NCBI GenBank assembly: GCA_965222155.1
Contig: CBDCTH010000012.1
Coordinates: forward strand, 1,536,001-1,600,000
DNA: 64,000 nucleotides
Reading direction: 5' to 3'
Source of the DNA: Gammaproteobacteria bacterium
Lineage (GTDB): Bacteria > Pseudomonadota > Gammaproteobacteria > Eutrophobiales > Eutrophobiaceae
Shown: positions 19,312 to 28,649 of the stretch, piece after piece
Layout of the letters: each line of letters begins with the position of its first letter
How positions within the stretch are numbered: the first letter of the stretch is position 1
The notes under the pieces: generated by a model
What the model saw: the letters and a program-made list of their open reading frames with translations, nothing else
Databases searched by the model: none
Told to the model about the DNA's origin: nothing
Translations under genes and position numbers: made by a program

Positions 19312-20601
19312 ATGCGGGTTGCATTAACTTCACTGGGGTGCCGCCTGAATGAAGCCGAGCTGGAACACTGGGCAACCGGTTTCCAGGCGGCCGGGTACCG
19401 GTTATCCAAATCCGTTGACGATGCCGACCTGGTGGTTGTCAATACCTGTGCCGTTACCGGGGAGGCAGTAAAAAAATCCAGGCAACTGATTCGGCGCACC
19501 CAGCGGCGCAATGCAAAAGCCAAACTTGTCGTCAGTGGGTGCTATGCAAGCCTGCAACCCGGTATCATAAATGAGCTGCCGGGTGTCGACTTGATTGTCA
19601 GTAATCCGGAAAAAGATAACCTGGTTGCCATTGTAAAACAGCGGCTCTCTGCTGAAGCCATGCCGGAAACGGCAACTGAGCCGGGGGAAGCAGCCTTGTT
19701 TGCCCGGGGGCGCAACCGGGCTTTTATCAAAATACAGGATGGTTGCCGGCATAAATGTACATTCTGCATAGTCACGGTTGCCCGGGGTGCGGAACGCAGC
19801 CGGGCAATTAAGGACATCATCGGGGAGATCAACGGATTACACTCACGCCAAATCCTGGAAGTTACCCTGACAGGCGTACACATCGGTGGCTACGGGCATG
19901 ATCTCGGAACGGATTTATCATTCTTAATTAAAACGATACTCAGTGAAACCGATGTGCCCCGGCTGCGTCTGGGTTCGCTGGAGCCCTGGAATCTCGATGA
20001 GAATTTTTTTATGCTTTTCGACAACCCCAGGGTCATGCCGCATTTACATCTGCCCCTGCAAAGCGGCAGTGATAGCGTACTCCGGCGCATGGGCCGGCGC
20101 TGTATGACCAAGGAATTTTTGGGCCTGGTACAAGCTGCAAGGGATTGTGTTCCTGAAATAAACGTAACAACAGACGTTATCACCGGATTTCCAGGTGAAA
20201 CTGACACGGAATGGCAACAAACCCTGGATTACTGCCACGCAATCGGGTTTCCTCATATCCACGTATTTCCTTATTCCCCGCGCACCGGCACCAGAGCTGC
20301 AACCTTGCCGGGACAAATACCTGTAGAAGTGAAAAAACAGCGCTGCCGGCAACTGCATTTACTGGCGCAACAATCGCACCATGACTTCATGCGGCGTTAC
20401 ATCGACCGTTCTTTCCCTGTATTGGTGGAAAACGACATCGGTATTATAAATGAACTACCGGTCCGCTTCGGTTATTCTCCAAATTACCTGCGCACCGCAA
20501 TACCTGTTTCCGGCAACTCCCCCGACGCCAATAACATTGTGACCGCCCATGTCAAATACTACGATACGGCTACTGCCACCTTGGTGGCGGCTGCAAAGTA
20601 G
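19312..20601 (+). CDS. mtaB: tRNA t6A37 methylthiotransferase MtaB
   Basis: SLGCRLN, NTCAVT, IKIQDGCRHKCTFC, HVFPYSPRTGT. Confidence 0.82.
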   Translation: MRVALTSLGCRLNEAELEHWATGFQAAGYRLSKSVDDADLVVVNTCAVTGEAVKKSRQLIRRTQRRNAKAKLVVSGCYASLQPGIINELPGVDLIVSNPEKDNLVAIVKQRLSAEAMPETATEPGEAALFARGRNRAFIKIQDGCRHKCTFCIVTVARGAERSRAIKDIIGEINGLHSRQILEVTLTGVHIGGYGHDLGTDLSFLIKTILSETDVPRLRLGSLEPWNLDENFFMLFDNPRVMPHLHLPLQSGSDSVLRRMGRRCMTKEFLGLVQAARDCVPEINVTTDVITGFPGETDTEWQQTLDYCHAIGFPHIHVFPYSPRTGTRAATLPGQIPVEVKKQRCRQLHLLAQQSHHDFMRRYIDRSFPVLVENDIGIINELPVRFGYSPNYLRTAIPVSGNSPDANNIVTAHVKYYDTATATLVAAAK

Positions 20602-20680
20602 CCGTACACGGGTCCTGAAACAGAGGGTTTACCGGTTCGACATCAGCGGATAACGCGCCATCAGGTCAACAAACAGGTAA

Positions 20681-21160
20681 TCAGCGCGTCTCCCGGGCGG
20701 CAATATACTCCTGCACGGTAATTTCCAGGGTTTTGAGTTTGTTGTCGATCACTTTTACTCTTGCCAGGTCCTTACGGATATCGCCCACACTGGAAAAAGC
20801 GCCCAGCATGGGTGGATTTTTCAGGGCCGCATAACCCTGCTGCATCTGTTCTCTGATAGTTCGGGCCTGATCAGGGGAGACTTGAAGTTTCCAGACCCGG
20901 GACTTGAGTTTTCCAAGCCGGCGCCGTACGGCATCACGGGCCAGTTCCAGTTCGGCATACTCAGCACGCATCTTTGCCCTGCGCCTGGCGTCTTCTGATA
21001 CATCCTGCTCCTGCGCCTGCTGGATGGGGGGCGCCTGCTGTGACGGAACGACAGACGCTTGTCCGGGCTCTTCTTTATGAGTTCCGGCAAAATCAAGGTA
21101 TAAGTACCCAACTCCTCCTGCAATCAGGATAAGAGTAATAATAACTATTTTTCCATTCAT
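20681..21160 (-). CDS. Hypothetical membrane-anchored coiled-coil protein
   Basis: N-terminal TM segment followed by a helical charged region. Confidence 0.6.
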   Translation of the reverse strand: MNGKIVIITLILIAGGVGYLYLDFAGTHKEEPGQASVVPSQQAPPIQQAQEQDVSEDARRRAKMRAEYAELELARDAVRRRLGKLKSRVWKLQVSPDQARTIREQMQQGYAALKNPPMLGAFSSVGDIRKDLARVKVIDNKLKTLEITVQEYIAARETR

Positions 21161-21311
21161 ATTACGAAGTTGTCCGATCGCTAACGCGCTTATTCAGGTT
21201 AAATATCATGTAGATCATTTAACTTTATGTTTTTCTGGAAATTCTGCTTGATTTATTCTCATCAACAGTGTACAAGTCATATCCTGGTTTAACGCGACAT
21301 GGTGAGAACTG

Positions 21312-21824
21312 ATGCTATTCAATAAAGTTAACAGCATAAAGAAAAAACGTTTTCAGGCCCAACACAGCGTATGTTACAATACTATTGGTCATGCACCCAT
21401 CACTGACGCACAAACGGGCTTTATCCACCACCGACAAGGCTTTCCTTTACATTTTAAACAGGTTCAATTTGACCTCGACAGCAATCATGGCGACGGCAAA
21501 CAGAGCAATTTTGGTTTATTGTTTCAATCAGATCAATACTTGAAACCAGGAACGACTATCGAAGCCGAAATATTCTCACATGACAGATCAGAAAAAGTTC
21601 GCGGCAAGGTAGTCATGGTACGGGACCGGGGGGATCATTTTGAGATAGGTTTATGGTTAAGACACCTTGAGGACGCCAGTCGGGCGCGGATAATGGAACA
21701 AGCCTGCCATATAGAGGCGTATATCAAAGAAAAGAAATTTCGCGATGGGCCTTATATTCTCAACCGGGACGGGGCAGCGGAAGAGTGGATAAATAAAAAT
21801 GCCACCACTGTACCCGGACTGTAA
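21312..21824 (+). CDS. PilZ-domain-like protein (start uncertain)
   Basis: FIHH..FPL, GKVV.VR...FEIGL and RARIMEQACHIEAY...AAEEWI resemble stand-alone gammaproteobacterial PilZ proteins. Confidence 0.65.
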   Translation: MLFNKVNSIKKKRFQAQHSVCYNTIGHAPITDAQTGFIHHRQGFPLHFKQVQFDLDSNHGDGKQSNFGLLFQSDQYLKPGTTIEAEIFSHDRSEKVRGKVVMVRDRGDHFEIGLWLRHLEDASRARIMEQACHIEAYIKEKKFRDGPYILNRDGAAEEWINKNATTVPGL

Positions 21825-21827
21825 TAC

Positions 21828-22481
21828 TCACCGGCAGCCGTTTCCGGTTTCAGGAAAGCTTACCCCGGTTCCTCCCAGACCACAGTAACCACCGGGATTT
21901 TTTGCCAGGTATTGCTGGTGGTAGTCTTCTGCGTAGTAGAACGGTGGGGCATCCAGTATCTCGGTGGTGATGCTGCCATAGCCCCTTTCCGACAGGCTCA
22001 ACTGGTATTTGTCCTTTGATTCCAGGGCCAACCTCTTTTGTTCATCCGTAAAGGTATAAATACCGGAACGATATTGCGTTCCCATATCATTTCCCTGGCG
22101 CATCCCCTGAGTCGGGTCGTGTAACTCCCAGAATACTTGCAGCAATTCCGGGTAGCTGATTGTATCAGGTTCATACACCACCAGCGTTACCTCGTTATGC
22201 CCGGTCATTCCGCTGCACACCTCGCGATAAGTGGGATTAGGCGTATAACCTGCGGCATAGCCGACCGCAGTCGTGTAGACTCCGGAAAGTTGCCAGAATT
22301 TCCGCTCCGCTCCCCAGAAACAACCCAGGCCGAACACAGCCTGCATCATCCGCTCAGGAAAAGGTGGTTTCAGCGTATGGCCGTTAACGAAATGCCTGTC
22401 GGTTACGGGAAGTGCCGTTGCACGGCCTGGTAAGGCATCGCTCATGCCGGGCATTTTCTGTTTGGTTGTATTGAATAACAC
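21828..22481 (-). CDS. msrA: Peptide methionine sulfoxide reductase A
   Basis: [20 protein letters not shown]. Confidence 0.97.
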   Translation of the reverse strand: MLFNTTKQKMPGMSDALPGRATALPVTDRHFVNGHTLKPPFPERMMQAVFGLGCFWGAERKFWQLSGVYTTAVGYAAGYTPNPTYREVCSGMTGHNEVTLVVYEPDTISYPELLQVFWELHDPTQGMRQGNDMGTQYRSGIYTFTDEQKRLALESKDKYQLSLSERGYGSITTEILDAPPFYYAEDYHQQYLAKNPGGYCGLGGTGVSFPETGNGCR

Positions 22482-22508
22482 TGTTTTATATCGGGATGGA
22501 ATGTAACA

Positions 22509-22616
22509 TTTTAACTGTAAAACAATTTTAACTGTAAAACAATTTTAATATTCGTATTGTTAAATTGAAAGAGCCGGATGTTGTATCAGCACAATTTGGT
22601 GTTGTCACAATTTGGT
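22509..22616. repeat. AT-rich tandem/direct repeats in the msrA-kamA-like divergent promoter region
   Basis: ttttaactgtaaaacaa x2.3 (22509-22548) and cacaatttggt x2 (22590, 22606). Confidence 0.7.
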
Positions 22617-22726
22617 TTTCATGGTCGAAATATTCTGCTATGATAGCATTTGGAAATTAATAAGAAATAACCCGCTGGGCCATAAAAAATAAAATAAAGG
22701 CCCTAAAAGATAGAGGGAGAGTCTCA

Positions 22727-24103
22727 ATGAATCATGCTGCCTTAGCAAGAAAGCCTGAACTTGTACCCAGTTCAAAATTTAAGGTTTATACAGAAAAGCA
22801 CCTGGATCAGATAAGTCACCTGGATTCCCTTTCCAAACGGTTGCGGCATGATATCCGGGTAGTTGCCAAAATATTGCCTTTCCGGGTTAACCGGTACGTA
22901 CTTGATCAGCTTATCGACTGGGAAAATGCCGAGACGGATCCCATATTCCTCCTCACTTTTCCACAAAGGGGGATGCTGGAGCCTGGTTCATTCAACAGAA
23001 TGGCCAAGCTGATGAGAACAGGCGCCGACTCTAAATCCATTCATGCACTGGCAACAGAGATTCGCCGACAACTCAACCCTCACCCGGCCGGGCAAATGGA
23101 ACTGAATGTACCGGTTCTGGATAACGAGCAGTTGATCGGCATGCAACACAAATACCATGAGACCGTCCTGTTTTTTCCATCACAAGGTCAGGTTTGCCAT
23201 TCCTACTGCACTTTCTGTTTTCGCTGGGCACAATTTATCGGTGATAAATCATTACGCTTTTCATCTGGCGAGGCGGACAGTCTCTACAATTATTTAAAAA
23301 AGCATAAGGAAGTCTCTGACCTGCTCATCACCGGTGGGGATCCCATGGTGATGAAAACCCACCACCTGAAGTATTATCTGGAACCCCTGCTTGACCGATC
23401 TGTTCAACACGTGCAGACCTTGCGCATAGGCAGCAAGTCCCTGACTTACTGGCCCCATCGTTTTGTTACTGATGAGGATGCTGATGACCTCCTGCGTTTA
23501 CTGGAGAGACTGGTGAGAGCGGGCAAACACGTAGCGTTCATGGCCCATTTCAATCATTGGCAGGAAATGGAATCAAACATGACCAAGCGCGCTATCCAGC
23601 GAATTCGCGGCACCGGTGCGGAAATTCGTTGTCAGGGACCGTTACTGGCTAATATCAATGATAATCCCGCCGTCTGGTCAAGAATGTGGCGTGAACAGGT
23701 GCGATTAGGTTTAATACCCTATTATATGTTCGTGGAACGGGATACCGGCGCCCGGAGGTATTTTGAGGTACCGCTGGCGCGGGCCCTGCAGGTATATCAA
23801 CAGGCCTATCAATCCGTATCGGGTCTTGCCCGTACGGTACGGGGTCCTTCAATGAGCGCTTCTCCGGGCAAAATACAGGTTCAGGGTGTAACGGAAATCA
23901 ACAATGAGAAGGTTTTTTTACTACGGTTCCTGCAAAGTCGCAATGAAAGCTGGACACAACAACCTTTCTTCGCCAGGTTTGATGAGAATGCGACCTGGCT
24001 GGACGACCTCAAACCGGCATTCGGGCAAAAACAATTCTTTTTTGAAGAAGAATACCGGCGAATCATAAACGGACGCCTGACGGATAACCGGCTGCCAAAC
24101 TGA
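22727..24103 (+). CDS. KamA-family radical SAM (lysine 2,3-aminomutase-like) protein
   Basis: HKY..TVLFFP, CHSYCTFCFR, ITGGDP, PYYMF, PGK. Confidence 0.85.
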   Translation: MNHAALARKPELVPSSKFKVYTEKHLDQISHLDSLSKRLRHDIRVVAKILPFRVNRYVLDQLIDWENAETDPIFLLTFPQRGMLEPGSFNRMAKLMRTGADSKSIHALATEIRRQLNPHPAGQMELNVPVLDNEQLIGMQHKYHETVLFFPSQGQVCHSYCTFCFRWAQFIGDKSLRFSSGEADSLYNYLKKHKEVSDLLITGGDPMVMKTHHLKYYLEPLLDRSVQHVQTLRIGSKSLTYWPHRFVTDEDADDLLRLLERLVRAGKHVAFMAHFNHWQEMESNMTKRAIQRIRGTGAEIRCQGPLLANINDNPAVWSRMWREQVRLGLIPYYMFVERDTGARRYFEVPLARALQVYQQAYQSVSGLARTVRGPSMSASPGKIQVQGVTEINNEKVFLLRFLQSRNESWTQQPFFARFDENATWLDDLKPAFGQKQFFFEEEYRRIINGRLTDNRLPN

Positions 24104-24211
24104 GAATGGCGCCGGTCGTCCCCGGATCGGCGACATTTCCAGGGCAAGTCCCGGAAATGCGTGTAATCCAGGGATATATCACTCAACTGTCATAATGAAA
24201 CCGGCGCAGAA

Positions 24212-24841
24212 CTAAGCTCCGGGTATGGTTGCCAAAGCCCTTTGCCAGGCAGCGGTTCCGAGGATTCCTCCTGACCAGTGCGTAATTTCCGCATAATTCT
24301 CCAGCGGCAATCCTGCGCCTCCCGCATGCACCAGCCATGACGCCACGGTATGGTCCGCAAGGGTTACCGAACTGCCCACCAGCGTATCACGACCCTTAAG
24401 ATGATCATTCAATACTTTGCCGAAGCGGGCAAACTCTTCCTGTCCTCTTGCCAGTTGCGCCGGATCCGGATCACCAATATTCAGGATTTTCTTAACCATG
24501 TTCTCAAAGGTAAAGATGCCGCAGGTGGGTCCCCAGTGGGCCGTATTCCACGACATCCATTGCACTGCCCGGGAGCGTTCACGAATATCTTCGGGAATTA
24601 AACTGCTTCCCGGATTTTTGTGACACAGGTATATCATAATTGCGCTGGACTCCCACAGTACAAAATCGCCGTCCACCAGGGTGGGAATCTTATGGTTTGG
24701 GTTCAGCGCTGTGAACTCGTCACTCAGCTGCGCGCCACTGCTTAGATCCAGTGAAATTAACTCCAGTTCGATACCCAACTGGTTGGCGACCACCTGGCAG
24801 CGCAATGAGTTGGGGGATGGGGGGAAAACATATAATTGCAT
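24212..24841 (-). CDS. Glutathione S-transferase
   Basis: LNPNHKIPTLVDG, LWESSAI. Confidence 0.92.
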   Translation of the reverse strand: MQLYVFPPSPNSLRCQVVANQLGIELELISLDLSSGAQLSDEFTALNPNHKIPTLVDGDFVLWESSAIMIYLCHKNPGSSLIPEDIRERSRAVQWMSWNTAHWGPTCGIFTFENMVKKILNIGDPDPAQLARGQEEFARFGKVLNDHLKGRDTLVGSSVTLADHTVASWLVHAGGAGLPLENYAEITHWSGGILGTAAWQRALATIPGA

Positions 24842-24870
24842 CTCGTTATAGCTCCTTATGTAATTTAATT

Positions 24871-25515
24871 TTAGTTATCTATGTGATCGCCCACGAAAGG
24901 ATTGGTTTTTCTTTCGTGGCCGAAGGTAGAAACGGGACCATGCCCGGGAACGAATTGTACATCATCCCCCAGGGTCCAGAGACGATTTTTTATGGAGTGA
25001 ACCAGCGTAGCATAATCTCCGCGGGGAAAATCCGTGCGCCCTATTGAACCGTTAAACAAAACATCGCCCACAATAGCGATATTCGACTCTGCTTCATAAA
25101 AAATGATATGCCCCGGCGTATGCCCGGGACAATGCCGCACCTCCATCCGCAGATTACCCAGTGTCACCACATCTCCTTCTTCCAACCACCGGTCCGGTGT
25201 AAACGGAGATGAACCAGGCAAGCCGAACATGACGCCCTGCTGTTCCAGCAGGTCAATCCAGAACCGATCTTCCCGCTGCGGTCCTTCAATCGGTAATCCC
25301 GTAGCTGCCGATAACTCGGCTACGCCTCCGGCATGGTCAATATGCGCGTGAGTGACCAGAATTTTTTCCAGAGTCACCCCAAGAGCCTCCACTTGTGCCA
25401 TGATCCGGTCCAGGTCTCCTCCAGGGTCTACTACCGCTGCCCGGTTTGTCTGTTCACATTGCAGGATAGTAGAATTCTGCCGGAATGGTGTGACGGGTAT
25501 AATCGTTACTTTCAT
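24871..25515 (-). CDS. MBL-fold metallo-hydrolase (YcbL/glyoxalase II-like)
   Basis: THAHIDHAG, PGHTPG, GRTDFP. Confidence 0.92.
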   Translation of the reverse strand: MKVTIIPVTPFRQNSTILQCEQTNRAAVVDPGGDLDRIMAQVEALGVTLEKILVTHAHIDHAGGVAELSAATGLPIEGPQREDRFWIDLLEQQGVMFGLPGSSPFTPDRWLEEGDVVTLGNLRMEVRHCPGHTPGHIIFYEAESNIAIVGDVLFNGSIGRTDFPRGDYATLVHSIKNRLWTLGDDVQFVPGHGPVSTFGHERKTNPFVGDHIDN

Positions 25516-25616
25516 ATTCCTTTAATTGAACATGGATGGACAGGATAAACATGACAGGACATCTATCCACACAGGATATAAAAGAGAGGAACTATCTGCA
25601 AGGGTTACGTTTTCAG

Positions 25617-26327
25617 ATGAAATTCAAACAGACTTTGATACCCGGTACATTGATTAAACGGTATAAGCGTTTCCTGGCTGATGTCACGCTGGCTGACGGG
25701 CAAACCGTTACGGCACATACGCCTAATACCGGTTCCATGCTGGGTTGTTGTGAACCCGGCTCGCGTGTCTGGTTGTCTGATTCAGGTAACCCGGAGCGCA
25801 AGTACCCCCTGAGTTGGGAACTGGTAGAGACAGCGCCAGGCGTCCTGGTAGGCATCAATACAGGTTTGCCGAACAAACTGGTGATTGAAGGAATACGGAA
25901 CGGTACCATAAACCAATTACAGGGATACGCCGGTATCCGCCGGGAAATACGCTATGGAAAAGAAAAAAGCCGTATCGACCTGCTACTGGAAGGACCCGGG
26001 AGAGCGCCCTGCTACGTCGAGGTGAAAAACGTAACCCTGGCGCGGGGCGGCATCGGTTATTTCCCTGATGCCGTCAGCGCGCGCGCCAGCAAACACCTGC
26101 GCGAACTGGCTGCGGTTGTAGCTGAGGGAAAGCGCGGTATCATCTGTTTTTGTGTACAACGAAAAGACGTATATGAAGTCAGGCCCGCCGATTCGATAGA
26201 CAGCAAATATGGTGCTACGCTGAGGCAGGCGCTTGACAGCGGTGTTGAAGCCATAGCATGGCAGGCTCATGTTTTACCGGATGAAATCAGGATTGATAAA
26301 AACCTGCCGGTACGGATACTTGCTTAG
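25617..26327 (+). CDS. sfsA: DNA/RNA nuclease SfsA
   Basis: KRYKRFLADV, HTPNTGSM, YVEVKNVT, FPDAV. Confidence 0.95.
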   Translation: MKFKQTLIPGTLIKRYKRFLADVTLADGQTVTAHTPNTGSMLGCCEPGSRVWLSDSGNPERKYPLSWELVETAPGVLVGINTGLPNKLVIEGIRNGTINQLQGYAGIRREIRYGKEKSRIDLLLEGPGRAPCYVEVKNVTLARGGIGYFPDAVSARASKHLRELAAVVAEGKRGIICFCVQRKDVYEVRPADSIDSKYGATLRQALDSGVEAIAWQAHVLPDEIRIDKNLPVRILA

Positions 26328-26333
26328 GATTGA

Positions 26334-26417
26334 ATATTTGGGGCCAGAGTAAAATACAGTCAACTTGGTAGGCAGTACTAGCAGACTGTTGAGTATTTTT
26401 ACTCTGACCCCAAATAT
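26334..26417. repeat. REPIN-like inverted-repeat element (GGGGTCAGAGTAAAA family)
   Basis: atatttggggccagagtaaaa...ttttactctgaccccaaatat; homolog at 52699-52781. Confidence 0.88.
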
Positions 26418-26418
26418 C

Positions 26419-28206
26419 TCAAGGCTGTTTGACGTAACTACCCGGGGCCTCCTCGATAATGTCTTGGCCATTTGCGCCGGGATGGCGCGCGGGGATTTTA
26501 TTGCCGGCATACTGTTCAAGCCACGCCTGCCAGTCCGTCCACCAGGAACCGGGATGGAGTTCGGCATTGTCGTACCATTCCCGGGATGGGGCATTAACAG
26601 ACGGCCCGGTATAATACCCGTACTTGTTTGCAGCAGGCGGGTTGATGATGCCGGCAATATGTCCGGACTTGCCCAGGACGAACTTCACCGGGCCTGCCAT
26701 GAGTTGTGCGCCCAGGTAGGTGCCCTCCCAGGGAGCGATATGATCCTCTTCCGTGGAAATGAAGTATGCCGGTGTTTGAATAGTCTTTACGTCAATGGGG
26801 CTACCGGCAATACTCAAGCCTCCAGGCTCCTTGAATGCGTTTTTCAGGTACATGGTGCGCAGGTACGTACTGTGCATTTTGGCCGGGAGGCGGGTCGAAT
26901 CGGCATTCCAGTAAAGCAGATCAAACGGGAACGGCTCTTTGCCCAACAGGTAATTACGCACGTAGAAAGACCAGATCAAGTCATTGGACCGCAACATGTT
27001 GAACGTGGCAGCCATTTCCTTACCGTCATGGTAGCCTCTCTCATTCATGGTTTTTTCCAGGCTCTCAAGTTGCTGATCATCAATAAACACGCCCAGGTCT
27101 CCAGGAATGGAAAAATCGATGAGCGAAACAAAATAGCTAGCCGAAGCCGCGCGCGTATCATCTTTTGTCCGCATATAAGCCAGCGTTGCAGCCAGAAGTG
27201 TTCCTCCGATACAATAACCGACCAGGTTGATAGCGGATTCACCGGTGATTTTTTCCACCGCGTCAATAGCCGCTAATGCTCCTTCCGTCACATAGTCTTC
27301 AAAATCCTTATGTCCCAGTTTCTCATCCGGATTTACCCAGGAAATGATAAATACCGTATGTCCCTGGTCAACCAGCCATTTAATCAAGGAATTCTGCGGT
27401 TGAAGATCAAGCACGTAATATTTATTGATCCAGGGCGGAATGATCAAGAGGGGCAGACGAAAGGCCTGCTCGGTCGACGGATTGTATTGAAGCAACTGCA
27501 ACAGGTCGTTCTGAAAAACCACTTTGCCGGGAGTAAGCGCAACATTCCTGCCCAGTTCAAATGCCTGGTCGTCCGTCATTTTAATCCGTAAACGGCCTGA
27601 ATCGGAATCAAAATCATCGATAAAATTTTGCATCCCCTTGACCAGGTTTTCCCCTTTTGACTCAAGAGTAGCCTCCAACACCTCCGGATTGGTAACAAGG
27701 AAATTTGTCGGCGACATGGCATCAACAAACTGCTTGGTATAGAATTGCGCCTTTTTGGCGGTATTCTCATCCAGGTCGTCCGCGTCAGCAACCGCAGAGT
27801 GAATGGCGTCGGCTGTGACCAGGTAAGACTGCTTGATAAAACTGAACAAAGGATTTTCATCCCAGGCCGAATGTTTAAAACGACGGTCGCCCTGTTCAGG
27901 TGTTCTAACCTCGCTGCTCTGCTCTCCCAAAAACGCCCTGGCGCTGTTAATCCAGAGGTCCGTATAAGCAGTCCAGGCTTGTGCCTGTGCCTCGATCAGC
28001 TTATCGGGATTTTTCATAAGTGACGCAGACAGTTCAAGAAATGCCCGCCCCGCTCCAGTCGAGTCGGCATTTCCACTGACGGCCTGTCCCTGATGTGACA
28101 TGAAGTTCTGTAATAAATCCTGATATCGGCCGCTAATATCAGCCATGATTCCAGCCAGTTTTTCCGTGTTGAAATCAGGCTGCCCGCCTTGTTCTGTTTT
28201 ACTCAA
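26419..28206 (-). CDS. phaC: Class I polyhydroxyalkanoate synthase
   Basis: PPWINKYY, GYCIGG lipase box, DHIAPW, SGHIAG; probable TTG start at 28206 with GGAG RBS. Confidence 0.95.
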   Translation of the reverse strand: MSKTEQGGQPDFNTEKLAGIMADISGRYQDLLQNFMSHQGQAVSGNADSTGAGRAFLELSASLMKNPDKLIEAQAQAWTAYTDLWINSARAFLGEQSSEVRTPEQGDRRFKHSAWDENPLFSFIKQSYLVTADAIHSAVADADDLDENTAKKAQFYTKQFVDAMSPTNFLVTNPEVLEATLESKGENLVKGMQNFIDDFDSDSGRLRIKMTDDQAFELGRNVALTPGKVVFQNDLLQLLQYNPSTEQAFRLPLLIIPPWINKYYVLDLQPQNSLIKWLVDQGHTVFIISWVNPDEKLGHKDFEDYVTEGALAAIDAVEKITGESAINLVGYCIGGTLLAATLAYMRTKDDTRAASASYFVSLIDFSIPGDLGVFIDDQQLESLEKTMNERGYHDGKEMAATFNMLRSNDLIWSFYVRNYLLGKEPFPFDLLYWNADSTRLPAKMHSTYLRTMYLKNAFKEPGGLSIAGSPIDVKTIQTPAYFISTEEDHIAPWEGTYLGAQLMAGPVKFVLGKSGHIAGIINPPAANKYGYYTGPSVNAPSREWYDNAELHPGSWWTDWQAWLEQYAGNKIPARHPGANGQDIIEEAPGSYVKQP

Positions 28207-28293
28207 GCTATAACTCCGGTTCTGAAACAATACATGTTTGTGCGCCGCATCATAGTGCCAGGAAGTTGATTTGTCAACGTTTATGCCAATTAT

Positions 28294-28621
28294 GGGGACA
28301 CAATACTTAATTCAGGAAAAATAAATCTGCTTCCTTTTCCACAGAACAGGGCAAACGCATACTTTTGAATTCAGACGTTTTTACCCGATTCCGTCATTCT
28401 GGCGCAAGCCAGAATCCAGTGAATAACCCTTCATTACCCTGAGCATGCGCTGTTGTTTGACTGGATGCTGGCATTCGCCAGCATGACGGGCGGCGTTGTC
28501 CGGTTGGTTTCCTGTCTTCTGCAACAGAATCCAAAAGTATGCGTTTGCCCTGTTCCACAGAATTAAATATTGTGTCCCCTGAATCCCCTCACAGAATTAA
28601 ATATTGTGTCCCCTGAATCCC
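28294..28621. repeat. REP doublet (GGGGACACAATA family) interrupted by a MITE, right arm tandemly duplicated
   Basis: ggggacacaatacttaattc (28294) versus gaattaaatattgtgtcccc (28560, 28594). Confidence 0.8.
28347..28552. mobile_element. 206-bp MITE, ISAs1-type ends
   Basis: TIR cagggcaaacgcatacttttg; 10-bp TSD ttccacagaa on both sides; near-identical inverted copy at 42593-42798. Confidence 0.93.
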
Positions 28622-28649
28622 TGAATACCCTGAATTACTGAAATGCGGG

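Noticed and set aside
22727-24103. epmB assignment
   Set aside because: Too long and no efp/epmA context; left as KamA family.
25563-25571. DnaA box / replication origin
   Set aside because: Single imperfect match (ctatccaca), with no cluster or AT-rich unwinding element.
26365-27276. 303-aa plus-strand ORF, and similar long antisense ORFs such as 38342..39004 and 50756..51472
   Set aside because: Shadow frames of phaC, rplI and the sulfite reductase; two of them start inside repeats.
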